From Hormoscilla sp. (GTDB lineage Bacteria; Cyanobacteriota; Cyanobacteriia; Cyanobacteriales; Desertifilaceae), in the NCBI GenBank assembly GCA_051439505.1, contig JBFRWI010000151.1:1-64000 (forward strand): a stretch of 64,000 nucleotides of DNA. The letters run 5' to 3'. Positions 60,303 to 64,000 of this stretch are shown here, one piece after another. The first letter of the stretch is position 1. Each line of letters opens with the position of its first letter. The position numbers were made by a program, and so were the translations under genes. Below the pieces are notes generated by a model. It saw nothing but the letters and a program-made list of their open reading frames with translations, did not search any database and was not told where the DNA came from.

Positions 60303-61268
60303 ATGGCTTGGAGCAAGCGCATTCTGACTTTCACTGTAATTGGCATCGCGATCGCGGGTGTAGTGGGGATCAACCTGGTGGCCTGGCGGCAGGTGACAAG
60401 GATGACGCAGTTTGTGGATGGGCGCTCGCGCACCGGCCCGCCAGAGAAACTCAACCTGCTGTCGAAAGTTCGGGTCATTGCTACAGGGGTTAGTATCCCC
60501 AGACCTGAGAATAGCAGAAATCCTCAAGATTTGGGATTTGAGTATGCTCGCCACGAATTACAAACCAGTCGAGAAGATCGCCTGGAAGCCTGGATGATCG
60601 ACCCGCCAAATGCCAAAGGGATCTTTCTGCTGTTCCACGGCTACGCCAGCAGCAAAGACAGCTTGCTGCCGATCGCCGATGCTCTGGTAAAGCTTGGGTA
60701 CGCTACTTTTTTGGTAGACTTTTACGGATCTGGGGGCTCGTCGGGTAATAGCACTAGCATTGGTTACTATGAAGCCCAAGACGTTAAAACAGCACATGAG
60801 TATGTTGTCGCTCAATGGCCTCAGCGGAAAACTGTGCTCTACGGTGTCTCCATGGGAGGGGCCGCAGTGCTGCGGGCCATAGCTGTTTACAACGTACAAC
60901 CCGATGGCGCGATCGTCGAAAGCACTTTCGATCGCCTGCTGAACGCTGTTAGCATCAGATTTGCAGCAATGAAACTGCCACCCCGCCCCCTGGCAGATTT
61001 GCTGATGTTTTGGGGCGGTCAGAGATGGGGCTTTAATCCCTATCTTCATAATCCAGCCGATTATGCCCGATCGGTCAAAAGTCCTACTCTAGTATTCTAT
61101 GGTGAAGGAGATCTGCGAGTCAAGGAAAAAGAAGCTGTTGCCATCTACAATGCCCTTCCGGGCTGGAAGCGCTACTGGTCGTTTCCCAAAGGCGGACATG
61201 GTTTGAAAGCAATTGACAATTTGGAACTCTGGGAACGGGCGATATCGGAATTGTTGGTTCAAATCTGA
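60303..61268 (+). CDS. Alpha/beta hydrolase with N-terminal membrane anchor
   Basis: FHGY, GVSMGG nucleophile elbow, GEGD, GGH. Confidence 0.88.
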   Translation: MAWSKRILTFTVIGIAIAGVVGINLVAWRQVTRMTQFVDGRSRTGPPEKLNLLSKVRVIATGVSIPRPENSRNPQDLGFEYARHELQTSREDRLEAWMIDPPNAKGIFLLFHGYASSKDSLLPIADALVKLGYATFLVDFYGSGGSSGNSTSIGYYEAQDVKTAHEYVVAQWPQRKTVLYGVSMGGAAVLRAIAVYNVQPDGAIVESTFDRLLNAVSIRFAAMKLPPRPLADLLMFWGGQRWGFNPYLHNPADYARSVKSPTLVFYGEGDLRVKEKEAVAIYNALPGWKRYWSFPKGGHGLKAIDNLELWERAISELLVQI

Positions 61269-61283
61269 TTGTTAAAAATTGAG

Positions 61284-61400
61284 AGTGGTCAGTGGTCAGT
61301 TGTAAGTGGTCAGTGGTCAGTAGTCAGTGGTCAACTAACAAATAACAACTAACAACTAACAAATAACAACTAACAACTAACAACTAACAACTAACAACTA
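61284..61400. repeat. Heptamer tandem repeats (STRR-type): AGTGGTC run then AACTAAC run
   Basis: Directly visible between convergent genes. Confidence 0.9.
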
Positions 61401-61468
61401 CGTCCTACAGTTGGTCGTGCGGAATGTAGGTTTCAGAACTTGGTAAGCGAGCGTCGAACTCACGTTAC

Positions 61469-62128
61469 TCACAATAAACCCCGATAGTGAATGAAGACTA
61501 AAACCGCAGCCCAAGACCCCAACGCTACTTTTATAGCAACAAGGATATTGAGCAAAGGAATCACCCCTCCACTCAAAAGCGTCCCCATCTCTCCATGGGG
61601 TAACTCGAATCCAGTTAAAGTGAGAACGGCAAGCACGATAAAAACCAGCACCGATAACTTCTCCCAAATCGCAATCCGCCAACGTTTGTAAATCTTTTGC
61701 ATCCATTCGGGAGATGACGTAATCGCGACCAAACCGATCGCCGTTCCCCCGGCCACCCCCGCCGCAAACCCGCCTCCCGGACTTAAATGCCCGCGAATGG
61801 CCAGTTCGATACTCACTAAAGCAGCAATCGTTGCGCCCAAACGCGCTAAGATGATCGAGGGGCGATCGCGGAACTGATGGATGTGCGTCTGGGGTTTTTC
61901 ATCCGCCAATAAAAACTTCGCGCCCCCGATCGCGACTGTAAAGACCACCACTTCAAAGATCGTGTCGTAGAGGCGATTCCGCAAAATTACCCCCGCGATC
62001 GCACTCGGCACGCCGCTGTCGCCTACCACCAACTCGACAACAGAAAAGGGGGGTTCCGGAGCAGCATTGGGCATGACCAGCATTTTAACGTAGAGGGCGA
62101 TTCCCGCCGCAATGTAGATCCATTTCAT
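61469..62128 (-). CDS. mnhB: Multisubunit Na+/H+ antiporter subunit B
   Basis: ILRNRLYDTIFE, RGHLSPGGGFAAG. Confidence 0.9.
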   Translation of the reverse strand: MKWIYIAAGIALYVKMLVMPNAAPEPPFSVVELVVGDSGVPSAIAGVILRNRLYDTIFEVVVFTVAIGGAKFLLADEKPQTHIHQFRDRPSIILARLGATIAALVSIELAIRGHLSPGGGFAAGVAGGTAIGLVAITSSPEWMQKIYKRWRIAIWEKLSVLVFIVLAVLTLTGFELPHGEMGTLLSGGVIPLLNILVAIKVALGSWAAVLVFIHYRGLL

Positions 62129-62685
62129 TAATGTTTCTCCTGTGAGTTTGACGCCACGACATAAGTTAGGATTGCTTCGGTTGATGAAAGTTCGGCCTGT
62201 AACATCTTGTAGAGGCGTTCCAGTCGCATGGCGATACAGTAAACTGGTTTGCTATTGTCCCCCTCCTGGAGAATGCAAGTGCCGTGAATATCTTTTTCCC
62301 GCAACGCAGCGCGTAAATCTTCCCGTTCCTCATAGGACAACAGTTCTAAACGGATGTGACGCTTGTTAACAATGGTGCGCAACTTTCCCATCAATTGCTC
62401 GCGAATTTCCTCTTCCCCCTCTTTTGCCAGCACTCCCAAACGCATGACCATTGACGATCGCACCGCTACCGCATAGAGGGTAATCGCCAGCATGGTTCCT
62501 ACTAAGGCTTCCGTCAAGGCAACATCGGGAGCGCCCAAAACCGCGTACAGCAAGGCCGCGATCGCCCCTAGGATACCCCGAATGACCAAAGCGCTGTAGG
62601 GATTGACCTGTAACACCAAAAAGACTGCCGTTAGGGGTAACAGGGCCGCGATCGCGTAAATAATATAAATCTCGCTCTCACTCAT
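62128..62685 (-). CDS. DUF4040 domain Mrp-associated subunit
   Basis: LGAPDVALTEALVG motif; within mrp operon. Confidence 0.85.
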   Translation of the reverse strand: MSESEIYIIYAIAALLPLTAVFLVLQVNPYSALVIRGILGAIAALLYAVLGAPDVALTEALVGTMLAITLYAVAVRSSMVMRLGVLAKEGEEEIREQLMGKLRTIVNKRHIRLELLSYEEREDLRAALREKDIHGTCILQEGDNSKPVYCIAMRLERLYKMLQAELSSTEAILTYVVASNSQEKH

Positions 62686-62956
62686 TTTTCCTCCCGCTAC
62701 TGGAGCAATAGGCCAGCACGTATCCTAACATCGTATTCCAGATTGCCAAACAAACGATCGCCAGTACCAGTAACGGCCATTCCCGAGGAATTTTCAGCAA
62801 TAGTCCAAAAACAATGCTCATAGAACCCAAAGTATCCGACACTGAAAGACTGTGGAGTTTAAATAAAACCGATCTCTGGCTGAGCAGAGGAATCGATCCC
62901 CAAAACCAGAAGAAAATACCCACAATAATGCAAGTGTAGCTAATAACATCCATCAT
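62678..62956 (-). CDS. mnhG: Multisubunit Na+/H+ antiporter subunit G
   Basis: KLHSLSVSDTLG motif, three TM segments. Confidence 0.85.
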   Translation of the reverse strand: MMDVISYTCIIVGIFFWFWGSIPLLSQRSVLFKLHSLSVSDTLGSMSIVFGLLLKIPREWPLLVLAIVCLAIWNTMLGYVLAYCSSSGRKNE

Positions 62957-62982
62957 GATTCATTCATTCATTCATTTAATGA

Positions 62983-63256
62983 TAAGCTGTGATGCATTTA
63001 ATTGCCTCGTCCAAAATGGGGCAGGCAGGGTAACCGAAACGCTTATGGCAAATGGCCGCGCTTGTTTTTACGCTCAGATCAAATGGGGTGTGGTCAAAAT
63101 CCGATCCGATCCCCCCCTTCCGAAAGGGGGAGCAACCGGTGCGCCCCCCTTAAAAAGGGGGGTTTGGGGGGATCCGACGACTGGTCTAGTCCTAGAACTA
63201 TCAACGGGTTTTGACCACACCCGCTCAAATGTGCATTTTAGATGCGCGACAGCTTA
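62983..63256. mobile_element. MITE with TAAGCTGT..GCAT terminal repeats containing a nested MITE
   Basis: taagctgtgatgcatttaaattg / cattttagatgcgcgacagctta; similar end near 22205-22227. Confidence 0.7.
63086..63222. mobile_element. Nested MITE, TIR GGGTGTGGTCAAAA, ~9-bp target duplication
   Basis: Perfect 14-bp TIRs; flanks gatcaaatg / gctcaaatg; same family as 1-127. Confidence 0.8.
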
Positions 63257-63322
63257 GTTGCCAGCAGCATTAAAGCTGCACGTTCCTACCGTGAGGGCGA
63301 TCTCGCCGACAATCCCAATCAT
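63257..63322 (-). pseudogene. Relic of Mrp subunit F
   Basis: MIGIVGEIALTVG then frameshifted AALMLLA, in the position expected for mnhF just upstream of mnhG. Confidence 0.55.
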
Positions 63323-63350
63323 ACCGCAAAACCGAGACCAACTTGCATTA

Positions 63351-63513
63351 GGCGTTGCACAACGACACCGATGATCGGCAAGCGGTCTAATCTTGTCAAT
63401 CGTCCGTTCGTAATAGCTGATAATGACTTGTGACAACATTCTAACCAACCACTGACCACTGACCACTGACCACTGACCACTGACCACTATCATCGGTAAA
63501 AATGTGCAACGCC
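63351..63513. mobile_element. MITE with GGCGTTGCACA terminal repeats carrying ACCACTG heptamer repeats
   Basis: ggcgttgcaca at 63351 and tgtgcaacgcc ending 63513. Confidence 0.7.
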
Positions 63514-63518
63514 CAAAA

Positions 63519-64000
63519 TTAAATTTTAAACCAGACAATTCCCATCCAAAAGAGTAAAATCAAAATCACGCTCATCGAACCGATTAAATGATCGAATTCC
63601 TCGGCAACTCTGGGCAGTTTGATGCTGAATCTTTTGATGATGGCAAAATAGATCAGCCACCCCGAGGCGATCGTCACTAGGGGTTTAATGATATTCTCGA
63701 CAGTATAAGCATCATAGTAGGCAATATTCGCCGCAATCAAGCCGACCAGGAGGAGGGTTACGGCTATCCAGAAACCGGGTTTGGCTTTGTCTTTCTTGGT
63801 TTCCCCTTCGCTGTGGTGGGGTAAAAAGATAAATTTGGCATACATGATTGCCGTTCCCAATGCCGCTAGATTCATGCCGATTACTTGCCAAGGAAGGAGG
63901 TTTTTCATGGTTAAAACCTTGGCTCCAAAGCCGGAGAGTAAGGGGAAACCCGATATAGAAAAACTGGCGATCGCCAGGGGGAGCCATAGACGGGTGGATA
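63519..64000 (-). CDS. 3' part of Mrp subunit D-like antiporter (runs off window)
   Basis: Open frame to window edge: LAIASFSISGFPLLSGFGAK motif of the Proton_antipo_M family. Confidence 0.82.
   Translation of the reverse strand, partial: STRLWLPLAIASFSISGFPLLSGFGAKVLTMKNLLPWQVIGMNLAALGTAIMYAKFIFLPHHSEGETKKDKAKPGFWIAVTLLLVGLIAANIAYYDAYTVENIIKPLVTIASGWLIYFAIIKRFSIKLPRVAEEFDHLIGSMSVILILLFWMGIVWFKI

Noticed and set aside
62955..63538. ORFs at 62955-63257, 63002-63214, 63242-63433 and 63254-63538
   Set aside because: They run through MITEs and heptamer repeats; only a short F-like scrap is credible

Overview
64 kb of a cyanobacterial chromosome (abundant HIP1 GCGATCGC; phycobilisome, sulfolipid and minCDE genes; pebAB implies phycoerythrobilin use). 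Housekeeping genes: class I lysS, a DUF1537 sugar-acid kinase, minCDE, a NarL regulator, tRNA-Thr(UGU), hemF, psb29, pyrG, an amidase, a cyaB-type cyclase, sqdBX and the end of an mrp/mnh operon. Main unusual items: (1) a 6366-aa secreted-type protein built by nested domain insertion (LamG and FG-GAP domains inside Calx-beta domains, LamG inside LamG), ending in RTX repeats, two amino-acid solute-binding domains and dockerin-like repeats, next to an atypical two-component cluster; (2) a triple, fixed-spacing non-coding module upstream of a DUF3747/SLH gene; (3) a phycocyanin operon that lost cpcC at an IS607 remnant and has a frameshifted cpcD, while cpcL and pebAB are intact; (4) a DUF262 + HEPN + C5-methyltransferase candidate defence island; (5) many MITE/REP elements and gene relics, suggesting ongoing genome decay. 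All calls come from reading motifs by eye; no database searches were run.
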